The position numbers and the translations under genes are program-made. The notes beneath the pieces were generated by a model. It worked only from the letters and a program-made list of their open reading frames with translations. It was not told the origin of the DNA and ran no database searches. From IMG/VR virus record IMGVR_UViG_3300002059_000001, positions 1 to 42,653 of that record: a stretch of DNA of 42,653 nt; one strand, 5' to 3'. Source of the DNA: a virus. Shown here piece by piece: positions 33,200 through 40,250 of this stretch; the first letter of the stretch is position 1, and each line of letters begins with the position of its first letter.

Positions 33200-33714
33200 G
33201 AGAAATAAACGAGGCCGTCTTTATTGGCGACTTCCCGAAGTCCTTCGACCCAATCCTGATAATAACTCTTAAATCTATCACCTTCGATTCCTTCGGGAAC
33301 AAGATCGAAGATCCGGCCTCTGTTGTCGAGGAAGTCCTGATATAGCTTCCCTATCGCAGGGTCTAAGATAAAGCCTTCACAGTCTGAGAAGTGGATTAAC
33401 TCATAGAATGGACCTTTGCTGTAATCCCTCCACGCTTTCTCGGCCGAGCCATAGCCGGCGTATCTAGCGAGATCGTCTCTCCACCTATTGTAAGAACTAT
33501 AAGCTCGAGAAGGGAGGTCCGTCTCGGCGGCTGTCACATGGAAGACACCCTCCGTTAATTTGGGAATATGCGGGAAGTGAAGGCCTTGGAGCTCCACCTC
33601 TCCCGGCGAGATCCAGATAGCCTCGTTCTCTTCCGCCCATTCTTGAAGGCACTCGGTCCCCTCCGGAGCGGCCGCGGGTTTCATGCTATGATAAAAAGTT
33701 ACGTCGAGTCCCAT
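33196..33714 (-). CDS. hypothetical protein (172 aa)
   Basis: ATGA overlap. Contains ..YSSYNRWRDDLARYAGY.. and ..ELIHFSDCEGFI.. motifs that I do not recognise with confidence. Confidence 0.6.
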   Translation of the reverse strand: MGLDVTFYHSMKPAAAPEGTECLQEWAEENEAIWISPGEVELQGLHFPHIPKLTEGVFHVTAAETDLPSRAYSSYNRWRDDLARYAGYGSAEKAWRDYSKGPFYELIHFSDCEGFILDPAIGKLYQDFLDNRGRIFDLVPEGIEGDRFKSYYQDWVEGLREVANKDGLVYFS

Positions 33715-33716
33715 TG

Positions 33717-34943
33717 TTAGGATCCTTTCTTTTTCGGTTTAGTTTTAGGAGTTGGTTTAGAGGCCGCCTTCTCAGTCGCCACAATACGCGCGCTCTCGAT
33801 CTGGATAAATTCCTTCGTCTTCTCGTCGAGCTCGAGGAACCACTTCTCGGCTTGCTCGGAGGCGAGATCCTTTTCGAAGGTGGATATATCGAAGTCCGAG
33901 GATCTGAGATAATCGAACCAGTCGACCGCCAAGCGTGGGAGATCTATCTCCTCCTCGCTCGCCTCGGACGAAGTCGGGAGAGTGGGGTCTCCCTCTGTTT
34001 CGTCCGAGGCGGCGTCCGCCGAAGAAGGAGAGGCTTCCTCCGCGGGAACTTGTTCTTCTTCTGGAATGCATATCCGACCGAAGACACCTTTACACCCCTC
34101 GACGTCACAACCCGATTTCGGTCCCGCTCCCGTCTCGTCCCATATCCTATCTCTACAATTCGCCGGCCGCTCGTCGACGTCTACTTCCTCGGGCTCGAGA
34201 TCTATTTCGATAATGATATCGCCCTCGTCGTCGTTCGGTCCCTTTAGAGCTTTGATCTTATCCCCGAGCTTAGATCCTCGAGGTTCTCTGGACTTTCGGA
34301 TCGTCTCCGCATGGTCGGCTTGCTCCTCGGCGATTTGGAGGCCGTACATCTGGTCGGCGAGCGCGTCGCGGACAGCCCATCCGATAGCCCGTCGCCATAT
34401 CATACGCTTAGGGTACTTCCACCACGGCGAGTCGTTCTTCGTTTCGTAAGGGCCGTTCCGGCCGTCCTTCATAATCATAGGCTCCGTTTGCCATAGGTCC
34501 GCGCGGATAGCGTCCTTAACTGAGAAGGAGCGAATTACTTCGGATCCACTGTCGGACCGCACGATCTGGATAGTCGCCGTATAGGTCTCGTCCTCGATAG
34601 TTCCGGAGAAGTCTTCCATAAAGAAGTGACCAGACCGAAGGAGGATAGCAGGAAGCCCGTCCGCATAGACCGACGGCTTCCCGTTTATTATCGTGATGCA
34701 GGCGAGGGATTGCGTGTTCGTAAACCCGAGATCCTGTCCCATCCCGAGCGCGTACATAACCTCCTTATCGTTCTGGAACGCCTTCGGGACTAGACCCGAC
34801 TGGAACAATAGTTGCGCGGCTCTGTAGAGCTCCTCGACGTTCTGTCGCTCTCCCCATCCGGGAGGCGGAGACATATCGATCTCCCCGGTCTTCGCCGGAA
34901 GGGTCTTAAGGTCTTTATTCAATTCGGGATCTTGCTCGGACAT
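33717..34943 (-). CDS. recT: RecT-family single-strand annealing protein with a long acidic C-terminal extension
   Basis: LFQSGLVPKAF...ALGMGQDLGFTNTQSLACITIINGKPSVYADGLPAILLRSGH...KYPKRMIWRRAIGWAVRDA follows the RecT pattern. The last ~150 aa are Asp/Glu/Ser-rich. Confidence 0.8.
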   Translation of the reverse strand: MSEQDPELNKDLKTLPAKTGEIDMSPPPGWGERQNVEELYRAAQLLFQSGLVPKAFQNDKEVMYALGMGQDLGFTNTQSLACITIINGKPSVYADGLPAILLRSGHFFMEDFSGTIEDETYTATIQIVRSDSGSEVIRSFSVKDAIRADLWQTEPMIMKDGRNGPYETKNDSPWWKYPKRMIWRRAIGWAVRDALADQMYGLQIAEEQADHAETIRKSREPRGSKLGDKIKALKGPNDDEGDIIIEIDLEPEEVDVDERPANCRDRIWDETGAGPKSGCDVEGCKGVFGRICIPEEEQVPAEEASPSSADAASDETEGDPTLPTSSEASEEEIDLPRLAVDWFDYLRSSDFDISTFEKDLASEQAEKWFLELDEKTKEFIQIESARIVATEKAASKPTPKTKPKKKGS

Positions 34944-35398
34944 TATGCTCCGCTCCTTTTAGGTGTTGTTCTGTCGCCGCTTGTGTCGGTATCTTCGAGG
35001 TCGTCCAGCTCTAAACGAATAAGCCGGTCCAGATACCAGCGAGCTTTAACGAGATCCTCGACCCCGTTTTTATTCTTATAGCGCGCGACGTATTTAACGA
35101 CATTCCCGGCATGGAAGGCGAGTTCTAGTCCTTCGATTAGATCGATAACCTCGACCCCGTTTCCTTTGTAATGCGAAGGGTTCGCCGCCTTTGTTCCCCG
35201 AACCCGTCTCTCTAACGGATCCGATAGGCGGAGGAGATCTCCCCGAAACGTCGCCGACCCTGTCCGCGTCGCCGCGGCCTTCCATGAAATATAAACCATT
35301 TTATCGAGGTCGTCGCTCCCGTCGGGATTAGGGCAAACGACCCCGGCGTAAGCTCCGTCCGTCGTCTCGACGAGGTCTCCATACTTGAAATACGACAT
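34943..35398 (-). CDS. DUF3310 (SaV-like) protein with an N-terminal extension
   Basis: NPSHYKGNGVEVIDLIEGLELAFHAGNVVKYVARYKNKNGVEDLVKARWYLDRL is the DUF3310 signature. Confidence 0.8.
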   Translation of the reverse strand: MSYFKYGDLVETTDGAYAGVVCPNPDGSDDLDKMVYISWKAAATRTGSATFRGDLLRLSDPLERRVRGTKAANPSHYKGNGVEVIDLIEGLELAFHAGNVVKYVARYKNKNGVEDLVKARWYLDRLIRLELDDLEDTDTSGDRTTPKRSGA

Positions 35399-35401
35399 AG
35401 T

Positions 35402-35569
35402 CTATTCTCCCGCTTCGGTTCTAAGAGTGTCGACGGCCGCTTCTAGCTCTTGAACGACGACCTCTATCGAGACGTTATTCGTATCACTTGCGAGGAGGTC
35501 GACCGTCTCGATAATGGCTTCGATCTCGGAAGCGAGAGCGAGAGCCCGGTCTCTATGGTCCTTCTTCAC
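35402..35569 (-). CDS. 55-aa acidic helical mini-protein (absent from the ORF track)
   Basis: The GTG at 35569 forms a GTGA overlap with the exonuclease stop. Product is VKKDHRDRALALASEIEAIIETVDLLASDTNNVSIEVVVQELEAAVDTLRTEAGE*. It fills the gap before 35398. Confidence 0.5.
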   Translation of the reverse strand: MKKDHRDRALALASEIEAIIETVDLLASDTNNVSIEVVVQELEAAVDTLRTEAGE

Positions 35570-36627
35570 GACCGAGCCTCCACGACGCGGAGCTTGCTAT
35601 CGAGCTCCGGATATGTCCCCGAGTCGATCATCTTTTTAAGGTCGTCCATAAAATGCCCGGACGGCGTATAGCGGAGGATCTCGGTAACATATCCCTCCCA
35701 CTCGCCGGTTACGGGGGCGATACCCTTCTCGAATTGGTGGATCCCGTAAATCGCCTTCGCGACCATCTTATGCATATAGTCGCCGTATGGATCGACCTCG
35801 ATAGCCGTTATTCCCCAAGGGGTCTTAGACTTCTGGAACACAAGGCCGAAGGTTAGATCTGCGAAGTTCACGTCGTATAGACGGGTCGAGGCGAGACCGA
35901 CGTTAGCGAGCTTTAGATCGTAACCCCACTTCGCAATCGCGTAACGACAGAGAGCCGGCTTATTATTGTCTATCGTTTTGAAGTCGCTAATTAGGGTCGA
36001 GCCGAGAGCGTATCGCGTCGCCGAGGTTATGAGCGACCGCTTCTTAATTACCTTCCCCTTCGCGTCGACTGGACGAACCGGGAGGATATCCGGCCGCGTC
36101 TTAACGTAAGTCGGACCTTCCTTAAAGATCATAGATAGTTCGGGGATCCCGTACTCGAAGAGCGCGTTCGCCTCGGGATGGTCTATAATCCGCTCCGCCA
36201 TAGCGTCGACAGCCGCGACCTCGTGTTCGAAGATTGCGATTAGACCCTTCCGGACCTCTTGCATCCATACCCACTCGGCGAGATCCTTCGTCCGGAATGT
36301 TTTGTTACTCCACTTCTTCGGGATTAGGATAAAGTCTTCCTTATGCCAGTCCTCCGCTCCCATTAGGATTCGAGCGTGGGCCGCGTGTCCGAATTTGAAG
36401 TGTCTCGTATGAGCTTTATATTCCTCGAGGGGATTATACTCGGGATTGTATTTACTCGTCGCGAAGTATTCCTCGCCGCTCTCCGCGCACGTCGCGACCT
36501 CGCTCGAGGACAGAGACGGAGCCGCGCATATATCGGAATGGTATCTCCACAGCGGAATATCGTAGACCCCTTCGTCGTGGATCTTCTCCGACAGAGGAAG
36601 CGTTCTAATTGGTAAAGCCTTGGGCAT
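35566..36627 (-). CDS. PD-(D/E)XK exonuclease (RecE / exonuclease VIII-like)
   Basis: ..FKFGHAAHARIL.., ..VKTRPDILPV.. (D) and ..LISDFKT.. (D-x-K), placed directly upstream of recT. Confidence 0.7.
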   Translation of the reverse strand: MPKALPIRTLPLSEKIHDEGVYDIPLWRYHSDICAAPSLSSSEVATCAESGEEYFATSKYNPEYNPLEEYKAHTRHFKFGHAAHARILMGAEDWHKEDFILIPKKWSNKTFRTKDLAEWVWMQEVRKGLIAIFEHEVAAVDAMAERIIDHPEANALFEYGIPELSMIFKEGPTYVKTRPDILPVRPVDAKGKVIKKRSLITSATRYALGSTLISDFKTIDNNKPALCRYAIAKWGYDLKLANVGLASTRLYDVNFADLTFGLVFQKSKTPWGITAIEVDPYGDYMHKMVAKAIYGIHQFEKGIAPVTGEWEGYVTEILRYTPSGHFMDDLKKMIDSGTYPELDSKLRVVEARS

Positions 36628-36629
36628 AT

Positions 36630-36800
36630 CTATTTTTCCTCGAGTGAATCTTTACAGAGGCGAAGGTGTGTAAAGACTTCCCCTCCCACTTTCGACCCTT
36701 TCGGGAAGTATTGATAACCCCCGTCCAGCTCCTTAATTTTCCCGACTGCCTTCCCGTCGAGAATTACTGTCGTTTCGGTTTTGTAGGTTATTCTCGCCAT
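36630..36800 (-). CDS. 56-aa hypothetical protein (absent from the ORF track)
   Basis: The ATG at 36800 is in a TAATG overlap with the XRE gene stop. Product is MARITYKTETTVILDGKAVGKIKELDGGYQYFPKGSKVGGEVFTHLRLCKDSLEEK*. Confidence 0.5.
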   Translation of the reverse strand: MARITYKTETTVILDGKAVGKIKELDGGYQYFPKGSKVGGEVFTHLRLCKDSLEEK

Positions 36801-37081
36801 TATCGAGCCTCTACCAATGTCGCGCGACGATTAGCCGAACGGTTTAAGACACGGCCGAGACAGGCCTTCGGCGTAAGGCCGAGAGCCTCGCAGATCCGAA
36901 CGAACCGCTCGAGCGTTAGCCGATTAGATCCGGTTTCGTACTTCTGGATCTGTTGATAGGTAACGCCGACCTTCGCGGCGAGATCCTTTTGTGTAACGAG
37001 GAGCTTCTTCCTCTCGTCGCGGATAAAGCCTCCCGCTATCTCGTCGAACTCGGTCGCCGAGCGTGGTTTAAGAGTGGGCAT
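36800..37081 (-). CDS. XRE-family HTH regulator
   Basis: LLVTQKDLAAKVGVTYQQIQKYETGSNRLTLERFVRICEALGLTP is a classic XRE/Cro-type HTH. Overlaps the methyltransferase 3' end by 14 nt. Confidence 0.85.
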   Translation of the reverse strand: MPTLKPRSATEFDEIAGGFIRDERKKLLVTQKDLAAKVGVTYQQIQKYETGSNRLTLERFVRICEALGLTPKACLGRVLNRSANRRATLVEAR

Positions 37082-37949
37082 ATTCTAGCCTTTCAAGGTA
37101 GTTAATGAGAGCGACGCCTGTCGCTTGGATTGCCGCTACTGCGACGGAATTTCCGAGCTGTTTCATAGCTTGGGTAGTGGAGACCTCGTCGAAGGAGAAC
37201 CACGTCGGAAGCCCCATCATCTTGCGCGCGTGTCGGGGTTCTAATTGGACGACTTTCCCGTCGACGAGATACGAGTCCCAATTTCGACGATCTGTAATAG
37301 CCGAACCTCGACCTCCTACGCGGACAGTAAACCCGACCTCTCGAGGACAGTCGCCGCGGAAAACGTCCGACATATTAAAAACAAGCGGAGAATGCTTGGC
37401 GAACTCGAAGGAGCTCTCCTCGGTTGTTTCGCCTCGGAAGCCGACCATAAACATACGCGGTCGAAGTTGAGGGAGACCGTGGTCGCAAGCTCTGACAATC
37501 TTATAATGAAACGAGTAACCCTCGGCCTCGAGGGAGTTTTTAATCATGGACAGCGTTCGTCCGCCGTCGTGGTTTTTCAGTCCCCGAACGTTCTCGAGGA
37601 AAAACGCCTTCGGCTTCTTTGTTCGAATGATCTCGAGGATATTATAAAAAAGCGTCCCCCGAGTGTCGTCGAACCCTTTACTCTTCCCCGCATTTGAGAA
37701 CGGCTGGCAAGGGAAACCCCCACATAGAAGGTCGAAGTCTCGAATCGAGCTTGGGTTTATCCGAGTGATATCACCGCGGAACCGTTTCTCCTCGAAGAGC
37801 TTCGGGTCCAGCTTTGATATATTGGCCTCGTAGGTCTTCCGCGCGTTGCGATCCCACTCCGAAGCGAAGGCGCAAGTTCCGCCGAGGTTATGCATTGCGA
37901 TATGGAAACCACCTATCCCTGCGAAGAGATCTATAAAAGTAAACTTCAC
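37068..37949 (-). CDS. DNA (cytosine-5)-methyltransferase
   Basis: Motif I FIDLFAGIGGF, motif IV GGFPCQPFS, motif VI FLENVRGL, motif VIII QLRPRMFMVGF, motif X QLGNSVAV. The GTG at 37949 (GTGA overlap) is preferred over the 38000 track start. Confidence 0.93.
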   Translation of the reverse strand: MKFTFIDLFAGIGGFHIAMHNLGGTCAFASEWDRNARKTYEANISKLDPKLFEEKRFRGDITRINPSSIRDFDLLCGGFPCQPFSNAGKSKGFDDTRGTLFYNILEIIRTKKPKAFFLENVRGLKNHDGGRTLSMIKNSLEAEGYSFHYKIVRACDHGLPQLRPRMFMVGFRGETTEESSFEFAKHSPLVFNMSDVFRGDCPREVGFTVRVGGRGSAITDRRNWDSYLVDGKVVQLEPRHARKMMGLPTWFSFDEVSTTQAMKQLGNSVAVAAIQATGVALINYLERLEYAHS

Positions 37950-38218
37950 GACGCGACCTCTTCGGATGGACAGTAAAGAGGCTTGTCTCCGACCGTCCAC
38001 TCTACGCCGTTCCAGACGCGGCCGTTATATGAAACACGGCCGACACCTTCGCCGTTCTCTGTCTCGATAATGCATAGAGGGGCTCTCGAGCTTCCGACGT
38101 CATAATGCGCGACGAGCTTTCGATATGCTCTCGAGACGTGCTCGAGGCCTTGGAAGACCGCTCTCGAGGATCCTATCCTTACGAAGAGCGGTTCTTTTGT
38201 TGTTAGAGTGAGGGACAA
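37946..38218 (-). CDS. hypothetical protein (90 aa)
   Basis: TTG start 5 nt after AGGAGAGAG. Second cistron of the leftward operon. Confidence 0.55.
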   Translation of the reverse strand: MSLTLTTKEPLFVRIGSSRAVFQGLEHVSRAYRKLVAHYDVGSSRAPLCIIETENGEGVGRVSYNGRVWNGVEWTVGDKPLYCPSEEVAS

Positions 38219-38228
38219 GGTCTCTCTC

Positions 38229-38330
38229 CTATAGTTGCGTTAATATCAGCGCGAACAATAGGGAGATGAAAAGCCCGAGAAGAGATCCCGAAGCTATGTC
38301 GTTTAGGAGTGATTTAAGCCGAGCTTTCAT
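38229..38330 (-). CDS. 33-aa hydrophobic mini-protein, first cistron of the leftward operon (absent from the ORF track)
   Basis: MKARLKSLLNDIASGSLLGLFISLLFALILTQL*. The ATG lies 6 nt after the left arm of the 16-bp inverted repeat, which supplies an AGGAA SD. Confidence 0.45.
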   Translation of the reverse strand: MKARLKSLLNDIASGSLLGLFISLLFALILTQL

Positions 38331-38336
38331 CGTGTA

Positions 38337-38469
38337 TTCCTGTCTGGTCGCACAACCCTAATAAGAGCTCAAAAACAAAATGCAAGTTATTTTTATGCAT
38401 ACTATACATAAAAAATGCTTGCTCTTTTTTATTCCATTCTCTAACGGAGACCCTGCGACCAGACAGGAA
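38337..38469. promoter_or_regulatory. divergent early control region: 16-bp perfect inverted repeat flanking an AT-rich quasi-palindrome
   Basis: ttcctgtctggtcgca (38337-38352) is the reverse complement of tgcgaccagacaggaa (38454-38469). An inner imperfect inverted repeat, gcaagttatttttatg (38382-38397) / cataaaaaatgcttgc (38407-38422), shares the same dyad centre at about 38402/3. Confidence 0.7.
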
Positions 38470-38476
38470 AGAGACT

Positions 38477-38674
38477 ATGACGACCGATTTATCCGATAAT
38501 ATAACGCTATCTTATAGGAAACACGGCGACCGTGTTCGGAAGCTAAAGGCTCTCGCGTCAAACCCCGGAACTCCCGGAGAAGGTATCGCGGCCGAAGCGG
38601 CTCTTGATAGAATCGAGCCGGATTGGCGTATCTCAGACGAGCAATTATTAGCAGACTTAGGAGTTAAGATATGA
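38477..38674 (+). CDS. small hypothetical protein (65 aa), first cistron of the rightward operon
   Basis: The ATG lies 7 nt after the right inverted-repeat arm. VRKLKALASNPGTPGEGIAAEAALDRI is reminiscent of the DUF2786 N-terminal motif (tentative). Confidence 0.55.
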   Translation: MTTDLSDNITLSYRKHGDRVRKLKALASNPGTPGEGIAAEAALDRIEPDWRISDEQLLADLGVKI

Positions 38675-38859
38675 GTAAACGAGACCGCAAGCGGAAGACC
38701 CTAGATCTTCCGACCGACCTTTTAGAGTGGTTCGAAACCCGAGCCGGCCGCAATCAAAGAACCTTAACTGGACAGCTTATCGTCGATATGGACGGCTTCC
38801 GAGAGCGGACAGACAGGAACGACCAGCGGCTCGCCGAGGTCGAATTACAGACAAAGTGA
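38671..38859 (+). CDS. ribbon-helix-helix (Arc/CopG-like) DNA-binding protein
   Basis: KRKTLDLPTDLLEWFETRAGRNQRTLTGQLIVDM fits a beta-strand plus two-helix RHH pattern. ATGA overlap upstream. Confidence 0.6.
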   Translation: MSKRDRKRKTLDLPTDLLEWFETRAGRNQRTLTGQLIVDMDGFRERTDRNDQRLAEVELQTK

Positions 38860-39035
38860 AGACGGATTACGCGCTCGAAGAGTTTATTCTCGCCTCCGGT
38901 TTCAATCTTACGCCGTGGCAAACCGAGATTATCTCTAAGCTCGAGGCTATGGATCCCGCGGACCGAGTAAAAGTCCTCGAGCGTCCACAGCGCGGCTCTA
39001 AATCATATGGATATTTCCCTACGTTAGGGAACTAA
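38856..39035 (+). CDS. hypothetical protein (59 aa)
   Basis: The GTG at 38856 forms a GTGA overlap with the RHH stop. The longer track ORF from 38727 would overlap the RHH gene. Confidence 0.45.
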   Translation: MKTDYALEEFILASGFNLTPWQTEIISKLEAMDPADRVKVLERPQRGSKSYGYFPTLGN

Positions 39036-39083
39036 TGCCCGTCGGGAGGCTATCCCGATATTATCAATCTCAGGAGTTTAATC

Positions 39084-39608
39084 ATGGGAAAAAAAACCAA
39101 CACCGACGACATGCGGGGGCATAATCTCCCGCCTCGGGAAGTTCACGAAGGGTTCCTTAAACGGCTTCTCGTTATCGAGGCCGACAAGCAATCCCAAATG
39201 GCTAAGAACCGCGCGGGGCTTAAATCCTTCGCGGACGATAAAGAAGAAGTTATGAAGGAGGCCAAGGCCGCCGGCGTTTCAGTGAAGGTTCTAAAGCACC
39301 TATTCAAGGTCGAGAACTTCCTCGACAAAAACGTAACGAACGCCGCGCAACGTCTCGACGTCGATATCGCCGACGAGGTCGTCGCCGTAATGGAGCAAAC
39401 GGAAATGTTTTCTTATGCGAAGACAGGCGTCCACCCGTCGGCCGACATTGCGGCCGCGGCGAAGAAAGCTCCGGACGACGGAACCGACGAGATCCAGAAG
39501 CAGAAGCTCGAAGACGCTAAAGCCTTCGACGAGGATCCAGCTCTAAAGAAGAGCTCTACTCCGAAGGGACCGTCCGTGAACGATTCTAAAGCGAAGGCGG
39601 ACGCATAA
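39084..39608 (+). CDS. hypothetical protein; central segment faintly DUF2312/GapR-like
   Basis: FLKRLLVIEADKQSQ...DDKEEVMKEAKAAGVSVKVLKHLFK resembles the DUF2312 pattern (ERIERLEEEK..D.K.VY.EAK..GFD.K.LR). Weak evidence. Confidence 0.5.
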   Translation: MGKKTNTDDMRGHNLPPREVHEGFLKRLLVIEADKQSQMAKNRAGLKSFADDKEEVMKEAKAAGVSVKVLKHLFKVENFLDKNVTNAAQRLDVDIADEVVAVMEQTEMFSYAKTGVHPSADIAAAAKKAPDDGTDEIQKQKLEDAKAFDEDPALKKSSTPKGPSVNDSKAKADA

Positions 39609-40231
39609 TGTCGGGGGAGCCTCTCTTAGACGTTTGGCTCCCTCTCGAGCCTCGGGGCAAGGGGAGGCCTATGTTCCGGTCGATCCCTCGTCCCGACGCT
39701 CCCTATCTCGAGCGGCTTCTCGACGAAGAGACGGGAGCCGTTATAGAGCACGATCCGCTCCTCCCTCGCCGCGGGAAACCCGTTAAGCATTACGCGCTCC
39801 GGAATATCCGTCCAATGGCCTACAGCAACAGTACGGTCGAGCACGAGGCTCAATATAGACAGATCTTTATCCGCTCCGTCGCGGCCGAGGAGAGCTTTAA
39901 GACTATGTCGGGGGCCGTCCGTCTGGATTGGGCCGCGTACTTCCCTCCGCTTATGAGCGACAACAGACGGAAGAAAGAGGCGAAGGTTCGGGGTCTCGTC
40001 TCCCACGTAAAGAAACCCGATAAAGATAATATCGAGAAGCTAATCGCCGACGCTATGTCGGAGATCGTCTTCTTCGACGACTGCCAAATAGACTTTGGAA
40101 CCGGCGCGAAGGTCTACTCTCATAGAGAGGGGATCCGGGTCCGAGTTTATGAGAGCGACCCCGAAGCCGTGAAGGCTTGGGTCGACGCTAACTTCCCTTG
40201 GGCCGAGGAGACATTCCAGCTCGAGGGTTAA
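39608..40231 (+). CDS. rusA: RusA-family Holliday junction resolvase
   Basis: LPLEPRGKGRPMFR near the N-terminus, and KKPDKDNIEKLIADAMSEIVFFDDCQI (catalytic Asp cluster). TAATG overlap. Confidence 0.75.
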   Translation: MSGEPLLDVWLPLEPRGKGRPMFRSIPRPDAPYLERLLDEETGAVIEHDPLLPRRGKPVKHYALRNIRPMAYSNSTVEHEAQYRQIFIRSVAAEESFKTMSGAVRLDWAAYFPPLMSDNRRKKEAKVRGLVSHVKKPDKDNIEKLIADAMSEIVFFDDCQIDFGTGAKVYSHREGIRVRVYESDPEAVKAWVDANFPWAEETFQLEG

Positions 40232-40250
40232 ATTCAGGAAAGACCATTTA

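Noticed and set aside
33714-34449. Plus-strand ORFs (177 aa, 155 aa and 92 aa) opposite recT.
   Set aside because: The RecT frame has family motifs and operon context. The antisense ORFs are Arg/Ser/Pro-rich by-products of the acidic GAN-rich coding strand.
38340-38355. CTGT-N8-ACAA within the left inverted-repeat arm looks like a gamma-type LexA box.
   Set aside because: It has one half-site mismatch and a GC-rich rather than AT-rich spacer. It is the wrong box type for the alphaproteobacterial-like LexA domain encoded here, and only one arm shows it. It is kept only as something to test by a formal motif scan.
38727-38745. ggttcgaaacc resembles a tRNA T-loop.
   Set aside because: The flanking bases cannot form a T-stem or acceptor stem, and the sequence lies inside the RHH-protein ORF. 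No other tRNA-like element was seen in the intergenic gaps.
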